Positions 12,001 through 16,787 of a DNA stretch of 64,000 nt are shown here, piece by piece (the stretch's first letter is position 1; every line of letters starts with the position of its first letter). A program made the position numbers and the translations under genes. The notes beneath the pieces were generated by a model, which did not search any database, was not told the origin of the DNA, and was given only the letters and a program-made list of their open reading frames with translations. The DNA comes from an uncultured Verrucomicrobiota bacterium (GTDB lineage Bacteria > Verrucomicrobiota > Kiritimatiellia > RFP12 > UBA1067), in NCBI GenBank assembly GCA_945834475.1, contig CAMAHK010000001.1, positions 18,175 to 82,174 on the forward strand, read 5' to 3'.

Positions 12001-13158
12001 GTGCCGTTCGTGGATCCTGACGGATACTACGTGTACGAGTCGCCTGTTTCCGTCGGCGATCAGACGGCGCTTGGTCGTGTGCTCGAGCGTGCGGGCAATT
12101 ATACGTGGACGGTCTCGATGTACAATTCGAAGTTCAAGTCCGACTACTATGCGACGCCTGTGTCGTTCACGACCGAGGTGAACACCCAGCAGGATGTTGA
12201 CGACCATGGTTACGGCACGATCGATGTGGCGGTCAAATACGCAGGCCCCGAGGCTGTCCTTGCGACACTTGATGACCTGACGAAGGTGGCCGGCAAGATC
12301 CGCGTTCAGGCGTTTGAAACGCCGGACTTCGGCGGCCAGCCTGTTGCCGAGACGTTCGTCACGAACAAGACGAGCGTCACGGCGTTCACGGAAACCCGAG
12401 CAAACGTGCGTCTCCGTGGTGTCAAGCCAGGTACCTACTACATTCGTGCGTACATCGATTCGGATGGTGACTTCAAGAAGTCGGACTGGGAGTCGTGGGG
12501 CTGTGCCAAGGGTTCGGTCACGGTGGCGGCCAATGCGCCGGTTCCGACGGCTGCGGTCTGGATCGAAGACGCCGACACGGACGGTGACTGGCTGCCGGAT
12601 GCCTGGGAGTATGTGACGCCCGGCAAGACCGTCGGCGCGAAGGACATCGTGGTGGACAACGCGGGCGAGATCGTTCTCAAGGAAACGACGTTCGTCGGCG
12701 TGACAAACGGCACGGCCGGAGTTTCGTCCGGCCTGAGCGGTGCGTCCCTCACGTTCTTCCAAAACCTCGAGGCCGCGAAGGTGATGCTCAACCTCGGTAC
12801 GGACAGCACGACATCGACGATTCAGGCGATCCGCGAGGCCGTCCAGAAGAAGATCGTGCCGAACACGGTCCACGTCAAGGCTCTGGTCGTCGACGCGGCG
12901 AATAAGAAGGTGAAGCTTTCGGTCGGCGGTGAAGTCGTCGATTCGATTGCGGGCCATCTCCTCTCGCCGATCTATACGATTCCGACGACGGCGACGGTGA
13001 CGATCAGCCTTTACACGAAGGCCTCGCTGGTCGATGTGAACTGGATCTGGGTCAAGGATTACACGACTACCGTGTCAACAACGCTTGACACGACGGTCGA
13101 GGTTGACATTGATGAAGACCTGACGAGCGGCTTCTACAAGGTCGAGGTCGTGCAGTAA
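1..13158 (+). CDS. Giant surface/secreted repeat protein, 5'-partial (>4,385 aa): thrombospondin-type-3-like Ca-binding repeats, LamG/ConA-like lectin domain, shared C-terminal module
   Basis: The frame is open from nt 1 (no stop upstream of the first Met at 43) to TAA at 13156-13158. At least 10 D-x-D-x-D-G-x-P-D-x-(W/Y)-E motifs are present (DTDGDGLPDGYE ~nt 2620, DTDGDGVPDGWE ~3270, DTDGDGMDDYYE ~4340). A LamG-like block reads FTVEAWVK..WTHVAATF..LKLYVDG..VDEVRIWDGARS (~nt 5170-5800). Modules EG(R/K)NT..D.N.NG and Y(F/Y)xRA(F/Y)xD..G..D.WESWG are each duplicated. The protein ends ..SGFYKVEVVQ. Confidence 0.85.
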   Translation, partial: NALTEGAADTSFTPMPLEITVDNVPAKVAEAYVGDSWDEAKDDPAWNTAAPIEIPCGVTVPLYLVLEDPSAEDFKSNVVTVIRWTTDDAKKQWTKSPIITNLTEQVAELRFTESMFPNPNREHNVQIITVDKDEMAALASPITEAEWKSGLFRLKLKNPQTFNFRLKVLTKPHISVEQVGFKTGKYGPLMDETGNDGQTGLKIAIDEPADRDLVVRVMLKPSAEANRGVLEFATPTFTNADHSVYTDIIIPNGTMTPAESATYKSTTGLLFNYKTIDGTDISYNDGWEISATITNEIQKAGQEAGKPYFSDYSGQWVYVQNLPPVVFPEEPTVLTTNRTQSIGVPFTVEWWATDVKSDLEYVWANGKKGLIAEWYMGEDGDMSMPSMATNVTKSGEHIKTTVTLANEGLTTLRLVVRDKDGSGEVGTVGERRWLFYISPSKKLIATPAGPGNARTKYKTYRGLGEGRVWADGGNVSVTGFAQKWSYSIKTAQGRVYAYGYPHASAPYADNGSLQPHDVALNENGDSWTSGAYYHYGQEMSGYLYDNYFYCWAFVIPSDQGGAPTVELDIVNPDMKPVANANTGVVLAEYEENKEDYLESEVEAVFARELYTHDNMGDINADRVPDLYLRTYPGLGIVDEDGNRTGDERTSVAGGNPDGDMLPGDLSSPMGNFIPGLSNNWTRAFQTVTEIRGVGEAFNNGPSIRGPKGVVCDIRYTDPQVDTNSTLTALEYIAFTNFCGRTAVDEDDYVAKTNVAGWAAWSPENPTDPTMDDSDEDGLPDGYEYYYWYRAHVGMIKYNADGTPDPASYTRLTGRKYVPADPCNPEIITPEAIEQICNPNVPLAGFRVDQDTDNDGIPDLDELVAGTNPFDYDTDGDGLPDGYELAISKTNPLVADRGSNVDGDQMALITLENVIPVTCVYKEDDNTVTNMLWSLEGVDVAENEDDDTITNLTTKTSLFTAYTYDIDNEGKPVWVLGRLVLDAKDAKYDDKIKEYNVIHVGEGRSMRAIHFQVFAIKGFDPRVAWNTEAAVMVPIAHRVDTTGFTAYDEFMTMTFFLNVGAIEEADVTPKPNRTLVNIWTDCTPNPLNADTDGDGVPDGWELYVMGQGGFVCNNPMPPAGNSHDNHSPMINWTGHDDVIGGLNYVEEFCGIESCARYENCETIVNVQPEWKNKYWPTNPFNKDTDGDGVTDSGEKTFIYGDAPASTVYSGAIPGGGLNPNSWDTDLDGLPDGWELQFACSILVSSTTTTVETHSDTNGTSTVTNTVTTAGGPQADGMDGTVKDQMKDYDHDGLNNWQEYMVGAMRCWRYDDVTTPWTSTMLTVADLEAMSGEDFYQMLIDPWVDLDDPEATPLTYAKYNPFLGTGVVSPYVYFSCCNNAFDLAAGRLYMFKDGIYHDLTNDKRDGENRWSAKIMKFRPTGMGFMTHDTLGRPAAPRKYISCDPTNADTDGDGMDDYYELYHGINPLLGRANGKGDSGLVDVVARAYYDKDELPFPVNATDNFWFNAVAVNTGTTSAEAQLKDEDQSMYDFVQFPWLNGLPEADPDGDNIRNAQESILPIAQAAATYQHIDPSPLWMTDTSYTNSLVSRFYYPTLAISSFNHSGSFMHTDADGNTTTYNFSEIPGFKFEEGLVTVTASRNPFKTFGTAFAYEENEGYDTDHDYLSDFEESQGKTKSASDPQMSDDPIRHQAMYFNGEDAFLQTQLPEEWILPNEESVAEFRQNFLYFTVEAWVKADASLVGEAAKPGLFTVIERPIWTGASNAGDESFLRKNFLIGIKNGRWYAKFDSTGTDLNQPIEIKEGPEATAAWTHVAATFGPADEADTEGTGPMALKLYVDGILRKSLRSGVQPEHGVQAFNLTPKSKIVTVYEWEENPLARPMVSMIVGASAKTMRGIVFDQNWGSVDTPDMTTVADYANFFKGHVDEVRIWDGARSAAAIKADVEQKTRYTTALALENRRAVYAKWSQDITRMPNASGEMLPPELMYHFSFDHIPGAVEAKDVLKTPAGFTTTKGAVDAKAKWSRPDGWVCPWWDSVTNTLRSSVYTDTAWVPWIGNTVGHLPMFDGETLDSVLWHKEFYGFTPGSFVFPLSSEPISRMIQQHYLVENKGDPETQTTSYDRIAESEDEVERFRFTYRNRVTAGSDLLPFGGAFPKRLSSAEGLWDAPGVASDAWAETGVDADNNGLPEWWEEYALVEYADTTSVDWDTIVERNGQQMPAWQAYLRDLAAGMLPDGVIHPEYADTRDMDKDGLPDWWEDMYGINTHSASDADADPDHDGLSNYQEYVLSELYPKKYDLASYGIAPILLDPTRDRSGLYQQVTDYYLSYTNTPVVVKNAAGATVFEGNNYFGEIVTDHDFMEDWWEIAMGSSYANAKKYDPLADRDEDGWSNWAECRAALWGGYFSANLIDKWTGSQSDQHVTCYPEPIIGVRVTYHGVRDISGQTLIVKTTSGQTARTDATFMIPSELDGQVRYIGGFNADNLLHGHMSPGCLNVNSIMFECARTSSDHSYTWNCDWYIENEGGEPNGWGIGRTHNGSFETYRSEFALWPKIELEGGDLTWETMAQTVPSTDLNSATLIADGNTIGSVNTVTGEYEIDFSKFTKAGGAKEYVYRVTYTSRVGHEWPQTVYVSDTRELASGNGETAKNSYGRVREGRNTIEAFMDLNQNGVLDAGEPYGSIRNVQIGWHKVPTVIIELKDASPIMGQVQLAAATGEGLTELTKTVRIVRELINDQPAPRTLVTKTLVMDDRPYLTEVDACTVTRPDLDWVWLTKDAERDGIQTINRATYAVYEYDQNMATNGALLATFIKEFPEVRPMATAVAPKDVAPVYSCSPTFAFTTSDEKATAYRLQVRLDGATAPIYDSGIQLLPGRLGQTVGVAAYEVTPAIYADAPVYAGTTTDHAIFADGTNYQWRVALYDAKYKSTKDDSDVSGEWSTWATFQMDLVNKNRYPGIPTGYGATSVAVRYFGSADCDSKRIVVEAYENADFRGQALAQIRLSDATTLRDANDLTTYNAVLRGIKPGTVYFRAFYDQNNNGVRDNWESWGYANNVGKNVTAIYNPVGREITTSTADWVTQKSAAVTIFMEDCDVNQNEIPDCAEEALFLAEVSAETDPVDWWDWAEANPTDVNGDEAMAYAEVTMWKVKLVDENGVENTYLTDGQGKLVEGVSAAGLNFWSYYDYSLTLLGLGTNVTTNVTAKCTIAGRPEEKKVALVHAQVLEKYGFCPDTAIPGGQTNTKPFTAMDKYLVLRYLERTGRITLPASTQAELAKKGLTFEEYVYRSGDESLYKMYTLNPAETDNDHDGIDDGWELYIDGNPLSDANRDEDEDGDGLPLWQEYDHDPVKGTYRPTNPSAIDTDADGVTDKYAYMYHLKADDAGKDFDGDGLSNYAEYLITEVFKYAVCNPDVYATNDGVCDYFRKVGDVYLGEIFTDHDQVDDVWESQYKVDYANRYVYDPTKDADNDGWSNWAEYKAGTDPERVNTLSIGTYTLPEYPVPAIEANVIYNGASVGLHPIVFKAWNESTDFDMVKAPDAIWTLGTAVSSTDGDSSSDSAASSLTLTQREKFLGRKPTGTRTYHLPGGAISEGSIKLLFMDKGYGVVRWDPLTQMLYAVANGEPDKAKWYYGIYDKDGKLVRIGNAFDEKETTVGTVDYATGEITIDFDHEENSGKWACNPGDAVSGGDNNNNNTDNETQANIYEYVDFDNAYVRITWASAKVNESISGAYYLTDSDPISETAKSYGHIREGKNTFICFVDDDENGEYTPGELFGVVRGVNVGWAGVKFDVELTETHPIFGRVDLSGQNDRQIWYGSDSGNFTNLVYGVPGTEDSLPVDSSLSGGRKQRVRVDRYAVNGMTLGTTITQVNVPNRVIVDKWFDVDARRYLHEGDFMEAGEFDIDWTHFEEDILNSRVIDQKFGGEVISMTYRIVVDNADFVHPVVSNRVLNVAFTRHFDSTDSRTKPSDLQPILAHGARPVFKWSMNGHNSYTAFKLRILSGSQVVYESPMTTVPFVDPDGYYVYESPVSVGDQTALGRVLERAGNYTWTVSMYNSKFKSDYYATPVSFTTEVNTQQDVDDHGYGTIDVAVKYAGPEAVLATLDDLTKVAGKIRVQAFETPDFGGQPVAETFVTNKTSVTAFTETRANVRLRGVKPGTYYIRAYIDSDGDFKKSDWESWGCAKGSVTVAANAPVPTAAVWIEDADTDGDWLPDAWEYVTPGKTVGAKDIVVDNAGEIVLKETTFVGVTNGTAGVSSGLSGASLTFFQNLEAAKVMLNLGTDSTTSTIQAIREAVQKKIVPNTVHVKALVVDAANKKVKLSVGGEVVDSIAGHLLSPIYTIPTTATVTISLYTKASLVDVNWIWVKDYTTTVSTTLDTTVEVDIDEDLTSGFYKVEVVQ

Positions 13159-13171
13159 GGGGAATGTGTAG

Positions 13172-13822
13172 ATGAAGGTGACGCTTTATCACGGATCCAA
13201 GGAGGGCTTGAACGGGCCGATTAGCCCGTTCATGTCCGATGGGATGTGTGATTTCGGCACCGGCTTCTACATGGGGACGGATCCGCATCAGCCGCAGACG
13301 CTGATCTGCGAGGAGAAGTCCCCGACATTCTACCGTCTTTCGCTTGAACTTGACGGACTCAAGACCTATCGTTTCGAGGTTGGCATCGATTGGGCGCTTT
13401 TCGTGGCGTTCAATCGGGGTCGCCTGGCGAAATACAGCGATACGTCTCTTGTGCGCCGCTATCATGAGATTCGCGCGACACACGACCTGATTTTCGGGAA
13501 GATCGCTGACGATCGAATGTTTGCCGTGATGGGGCGCTTTTTCGAGGGGCTCATCGGTGACGTCGCACTTGTCAAGGCGATCGCGGCTTTGCAGATCGGC
13601 GATCAGTATTGCGCGATCACGGAAGCGGCGTGTCGACAGATTACGATTGAGGAGGAGAAGCGCTTTTCGGCCGTTGAGCTCGAGAATCTTCGGGTCAAAT
13701 GTGGCAATCAGCGTCGGCGTGGGTCGGCTGAGGCCGATCGGATCGTGCGCCAGTATCGCCGCGAGGGTGATTCGTTCGAAGAGATTCTGGCGCGCGAGAG
13801 TCAGAAGGAGGGTGCGTTGTGA
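13172..13822 (+). CDS. DUF3990-like protein with PARP/diphtheria-toxin-like NAD-site motifs (possible ADP-ribosyltransferase-fold, toxin-like component)
   Basis: 216-aa ORF starting 14 nt after the giant gene stop. The N-terminus reads MKVTLYHGSKEG..DFGTGFYMGTD (H-G-S then G-x-G-x-Y, as in LWHGS..GKGIYFA of PARPs). G-K-I-A-D-D and Q-I..ITEAA blocks match what I recall of DUF3990. It overlaps the next ORF by 4 nt (GTGA). Confidence 0.6.
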   Translation: MKVTLYHGSKEGLNGPISPFMSDGMCDFGTGFYMGTDPHQPQTLICEEKSPTFYRLSLELDGLKTYRFEVGIDWALFVAFNRGRLAKYSDTSLVRRYHEIRATHDLIFGKIADDRMFAVMGRFFEGLIGDVALVKAIAALQIGDQYCAITEAACRQITIEEEKRFSAVELENLRVKCGNQRRRGSAEADRIVRQYRREGDSFEEILARESQKEGAL

Positions 13823-14238
13823 CGATACCACCCTACGAGTTCAAGGTGCTGGAGATCGATCTCTGCGAGATGCAGGGACGCTTCTTTGAGCTTGCGGCGG
13901 AGCAGGGCTACCCCATGCGCAAGTTCGTGCCGGCGTTCATGAACTCCGAGGTTGCGCGGCGCCTCGATTCGCCGTACAGCCGCTATCAGTGGATGGGCGA
14001 GGAGTACATGCTCCATCAGGTGGCGAGGGAATGTCACCTGGTGCCGGATCAGGTTCCCGAGAAGGACGAGGTGTATTTCTGGATGGGCTACCTCTATCGC
14101 TTCTGGCATTTCGCGCTCGGCGAGTCGAGCGAGAAGATGTACAAGACGGCCGATTTCGAGAGAATGAAGCGCGTCTACGATGGGTATCATACGCTCAGTT
14201 GTGAAATGGCGATCAGCCGTCTGAAGGCAGCAGGATAA
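13819..14238 (+). CDS. DUF3791-like small protein, putative partner of the DUF3990-like gene
   Basis: 139-aa ORF with a GTG start overlapping the upstream stop. The C-terminal half, VYFWMGYLYRFWHFALGESSEKMYK..MKRVYDGYHTLSCEMAISRL, fits the aromatic-x-I/L-E..A...G.S..E.Y...Y..(L/Y)HT.S.E pattern I recall for DUF3791. Confidence 0.5.
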   Translation: MTIPPYEFKVLEIDLCEMQGRFFELAAEQGYPMRKFVPAFMNSEVARRLDSPYSRYQWMGEEYMLHQVARECHLVPDQVPEKDEVYFWMGYLYRFWHFALGESSEKMYKTADFERMKRVYDGYHTLSCEMAISRLKAAG

Positions 14239-14267
14239 ACCGCACTTTAAACCAAATTATAAATCAA

Positions 14268-15401
14268 ATGAAAAAAGCAATTAAGAAAGTTCTGGTCATC
14301 AACTCGGGTTCGAGCTCGCTGAAGTATCAGCTCTTTGACATGGTCAAGGGCGAGCGGATCGCGAAGGGCCTCGTCGAGCGCATCGGTTGCGGCGGTCCCA
14401 AGGATCACACGGCGGCGCTCGATAAGGTCGTCGCCGATCTCGGCGATCTCGCCAAGGGCATCGACGCGATCGGTCACCGCGTGCTGCATGGCGCGGAAGT
14501 CTTCAAGGATTCCGTGAAGGCGACGCCGGCGAACATGAAGAAGCTCGAGAAGCTCGTCAAGTTCGGTCCGCTGCACATGCCGGCGAACCTTGGCGGCATC
14601 AAGGCCTGCGAGAAGATCTTCAAGGGTGTTCCGAACGTCGCGGTCTTCGACACGGCCTTCCACCAGACGATGCCCGACTGCGCGGCGATGTACGCGATCG
14701 ACCCGAAGTACTACAAGAAGATGGGCATCCGCAAGTACGGCTTCCACGGCACGTCGCACAAGTTCATCGTGCAGGAGGCCGCGAAGTTCCTCAAGAAGCC
14801 GGTCGCGAAGGTGAACCTCGTCACGTGCCACATGGGCAACGGCTCGTCGCTCGCGGCGGTCAAGAACGGCCAGTGCGTCGACACGACGATGGGTCTCACC
14901 CCGCTCGCCGGCATGGTGATGGGCACGCGCTGCGGCGACATCGACGCGGCGGCCGTCCTCTCGATCATGGAAGCCGAGAAGCTCACGCCGGCCCAGGCCG
15001 ACACGCTGCTCAACAAGAAGTCGGGTCTCCTCGCCCTCACGGGTTCGAGCGACTGCCGCGACATCTGCGCGAAGGCGGAGAAGGGCGACAAGGCGGCCGA
15101 GCTCGCGCTCGAGATGCTCGCCTACCGCACGGCCCTCTACATCGGCGGCTACAACACCGTGATCGGCGGCGCGGACGCGATCATCATGACGGGCGGCATC
15201 GGCGAGAACTCGACCGAGGTGCGCGAGCGCATCATCACGCGCCTCGCCGGTCTCGGCATCAAGCTCGACAAGGCCGCGAACAAGAAGAGCCACGGCGTCG
15301 TCGCGACGCTCTCGGCGAAGGGTTCGAAGATCCCGGTCATCGTGATTCCGACGAACGAGGAACTGGCCATCGCGCAGGACACCGTGAGGGTTCTTGGTTA
15401 A
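14268..15401 (+). CDS. ackA: Acetate kinase
   Basis: N-terminal KVLVINSGSSSLKYQLFD, then GHRVLHG, FDTAFHQTMP, YGFHGTSH and IIMTGGIGENS. Length 377 aa. Confidence 0.95.
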   Translation: MKKAIKKVLVINSGSSSLKYQLFDMVKGERIAKGLVERIGCGGPKDHTAALDKVVADLGDLAKGIDAIGHRVLHGAEVFKDSVKATPANMKKLEKLVKFGPLHMPANLGGIKACEKIFKGVPNVAVFDTAFHQTMPDCAAMYAIDPKYYKKMGIRKYGFHGTSHKFIVQEAAKFLKKPVAKVNLVTCHMGNGSSLAAVKNGQCVDTTMGLTPLAGMVMGTRCGDIDAAAVLSIMEAEKLTPAQADTLLNKKSGLLALTGSSDCRDICAKAEKGDKAAELALEMLAYRTALYIGGYNTVIGGADAIIMTGGIGENSTEVRERIITRLAGLGIKLDKAANKKSHGVVATLSAKGSKIPVIVIPTNEELAIAQDTVRVLG

Positions 15402-15406
15402 TAATT

Positions 15407-15615
15407 GAATAATCGAATAATCGGAATAATCGAATAATCGGAATAATCGGAATAATCGAATAATCGAATAATCGGAATAATCGAATTAGTCGGAATATTT
15501 GAATTCGTTGAACAATTTAGAAAGGGTAATCGATGGTTGGATATTGAGAATCGACGAACATGAGTCAATCATTAGGCTCATTCGATTATTCGATTATTCC
15601 GATTATTCGATTATT
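15407..15615. repeat. Intercistronic inverted array: about 12 tandem GAATAATC(G) units (15407-15507) facing 4 inverted CGATTATT(C) units (15583-15615)
   Basis: Read directly. 15408-15440 (AATAATCGAATAATCGGAATAATCGAATAATCG) is the exact reverse complement of 15583-15615 (33 nt). The left arm starts 6 nt after the ackA stop. The right arm ends 7 nt before the pta ATG. Confidence 0.9.
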
Positions 15616-15622
15616 TCAAAAC

Positions 15623-16660
15623 ATGAAAGCGATTCAGAAGATCATTGAAAAGGCCTCTCGCTTGAACGGCACAGTCGTTCTTCCCGAAGGCATGGACCCC
15701 CGTGTCATCACTGCGGCCTGCGCGTGCGTCGCGCGCAAGATCTGCACGCCGATCGTCCTCGGTACGCCCGAGGAGATCGCGACGGCCGAGCAGCTCGCGC
15801 ACATGAAGCTTGCCGACAAGGGCATCAAGACGATCGACTACACTTTAGGAGATGCCGAGCTCGAGGCCGCGTACCTTGAGGCGTGGAACGCGAAGGAGTC
15901 GAAGAAGCCGGTCGAGAAGCAGAAGATCATCGACCTCGCGACGGCGGAGAAGACGCTTCGTACGAAGCGCATCTACTTCGGCGGCATGATGGTGAAGCTC
16001 GGCCGCGTGAACGGCCTCGTCGCCGGCTCGATCGCCTCGACGGGCGATATGCTCCGCGCGGCGTTCCATACGCTCGGCACGCAGAAGGGCGTGAAGACGG
16101 CGAGCTCGTGCTTCATCATGGATCTCAAGGAGCCGACCCCGTCGGGTGATAGCGTGCTCGCGTTCGGCGACTGCGCTGTCATTCCCAACCCGACGAGCGA
16201 GCAGCTCGTCGACATCGGTCTCGCGACGGCGCAGACCTACCGCGAACTCACGGGCAACGAGCCGCGTGTCGCGTACCTTTCCTTCTCCACGAAGGGCTCC
16301 GCCGCGGGAGACCTCGTCGAGAAGGTGCAGAAGGCCGTCGAACTCGCGAAGCCGCGCTTCGCCGAGGCGGGCATCAAGATGGACGGTGAGATGCAGTTCG
16401 ACGCGGCGATCGTGCCGTCGGTCGGCGAGCTCAAGAATCCGCAGGGCTCGATTCAGGGCAACGCGAACGTTTTCATCTTCCCGGACCTCCAGGCGGGCAA
16501 CATCGGCTACAAGATCGCGCAGCGCCTCGGCGGTGCCCAGGCGATCGGTCCCAACCTCCAGGGTCTCGCGAAGGCGATGAACGACCTGTCGCGTGGGTGC
16601 AGCGCCGAGGACATCGTCGGAACGATTTGCGTGACGTTGCTGCAGTCGGCAACAAAGTGA
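15623..16660 (+). CDS. pta: Phosphate acetyltransferase (PTA_PTB family)
   Basis: The start is taken at the internal ATG (MKAIQKIIEKA..) because the upstream 21 codons of the track ORF (15560) translate the repeat arm. Motifs: VVLPEG.DPRV, YFGGMMVKLG..DGLVAG, FGDCAV.PNPT, ANVFIFPDLQAGNIGYKIAQRLGGA.AIGP.LQG. Confidence 0.9.
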   Translation: MKAIQKIIEKASRLNGTVVLPEGMDPRVITAACACVARKICTPIVLGTPEEIATAEQLAHMKLADKGIKTIDYTLGDAELEAAYLEAWNAKESKKPVEKQKIIDLATAEKTLRTKRIYFGGMMVKLGRVNGLVAGSIASTGDMLRAAFHTLGTQKGVKTASSCFIMDLKEPTPSGDSVLAFGDCAVIPNPTSEQLVDIGLATAQTYRELTGNEPRVAYLSFSTKGSAAGDLVEKVQKAVELAKPRFAEAGIKMDGEMQFDAAIVPSVGELKNPQGSIQGNANVFIFPDLQAGNIGYKIAQRLGGAQAIGPNLQGLAKAMNDLSRGCSAEDIVGTICVTLLQSATK

Positions 16661-16672
16661 ATGATAGGATGC

Positions 16673-16779
16673 AAGTGATAAGCGATAAGTGATAAGTGTT
16701 AAGTGATGGTGGGAGATTCTTAAGTACAAAAGAGACAAAACGTCGACCACTTATCGCTTATCACTTAACACTTAACACT
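16673..16779. repeat. Intercistronic inverted array of GTGATAA/GCGATAA/GTGTTAA heptamers
   Basis: The left arm 16673-16709 is AAGTGATAAGCGATAAGTGATAAGTGTTAAGTGATGG. The right arm 16747-16779 is CCACTTATCGCTTATCACTTAACACTTAACACT. A 19-nt exact inverted match (AGTGATAAGCGATAAGTG(G/A)) links them. The left arm starts 13 nt after the pta stop and the right arm ends 8 nt before the kdsD ATG. Confidence 0.85.
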
Positions 16780-16787
16780 AAAGAACC

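Noticed and set aside
3721-12957. Very long minus-strand ORFs (3721-7446, 7504-10284, 10435-12957; likewise 34507-36969, 37005-38678, 40231-41796 and many shorter ones)
   Set aside because: Their products are Arg/Ala/His/Val-rich and low in complexity, with no recognisable motifs. They lie antisense to + strand ORFs that have clear domain signatures. This is typical of shadow ORFs in high-GC DNA.
15407-15507. Tandem repeat array that superficially looks CRISPR-like
   Set aside because: The units are only 8-9 nt, with no unique spacers between them. The array is mirrored by its complement 75 nt downstream, and no cas genes are present. It is a microsatellite-type inverted array, not a CRISPR.
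15560-15622. Upstream extensions of track ORFs: 15560 for pta, 36975 for PDDEXK_9 copy 1, 38665 for NDK-like 1, 53027 for the second membrane ORF, 54758 for the APH-like gene, 55596 for the membrane protein, 61644 for wzm, 31579 for rho, 29230 for the RAYT-like gene
   Set aside because: The extensions translate repeat arms or the 3' ends of upstream genes in another frame. Internal ATG/GTG codons give canonical family N-termini and typical ATGA/GTGA stop-start overlaps.
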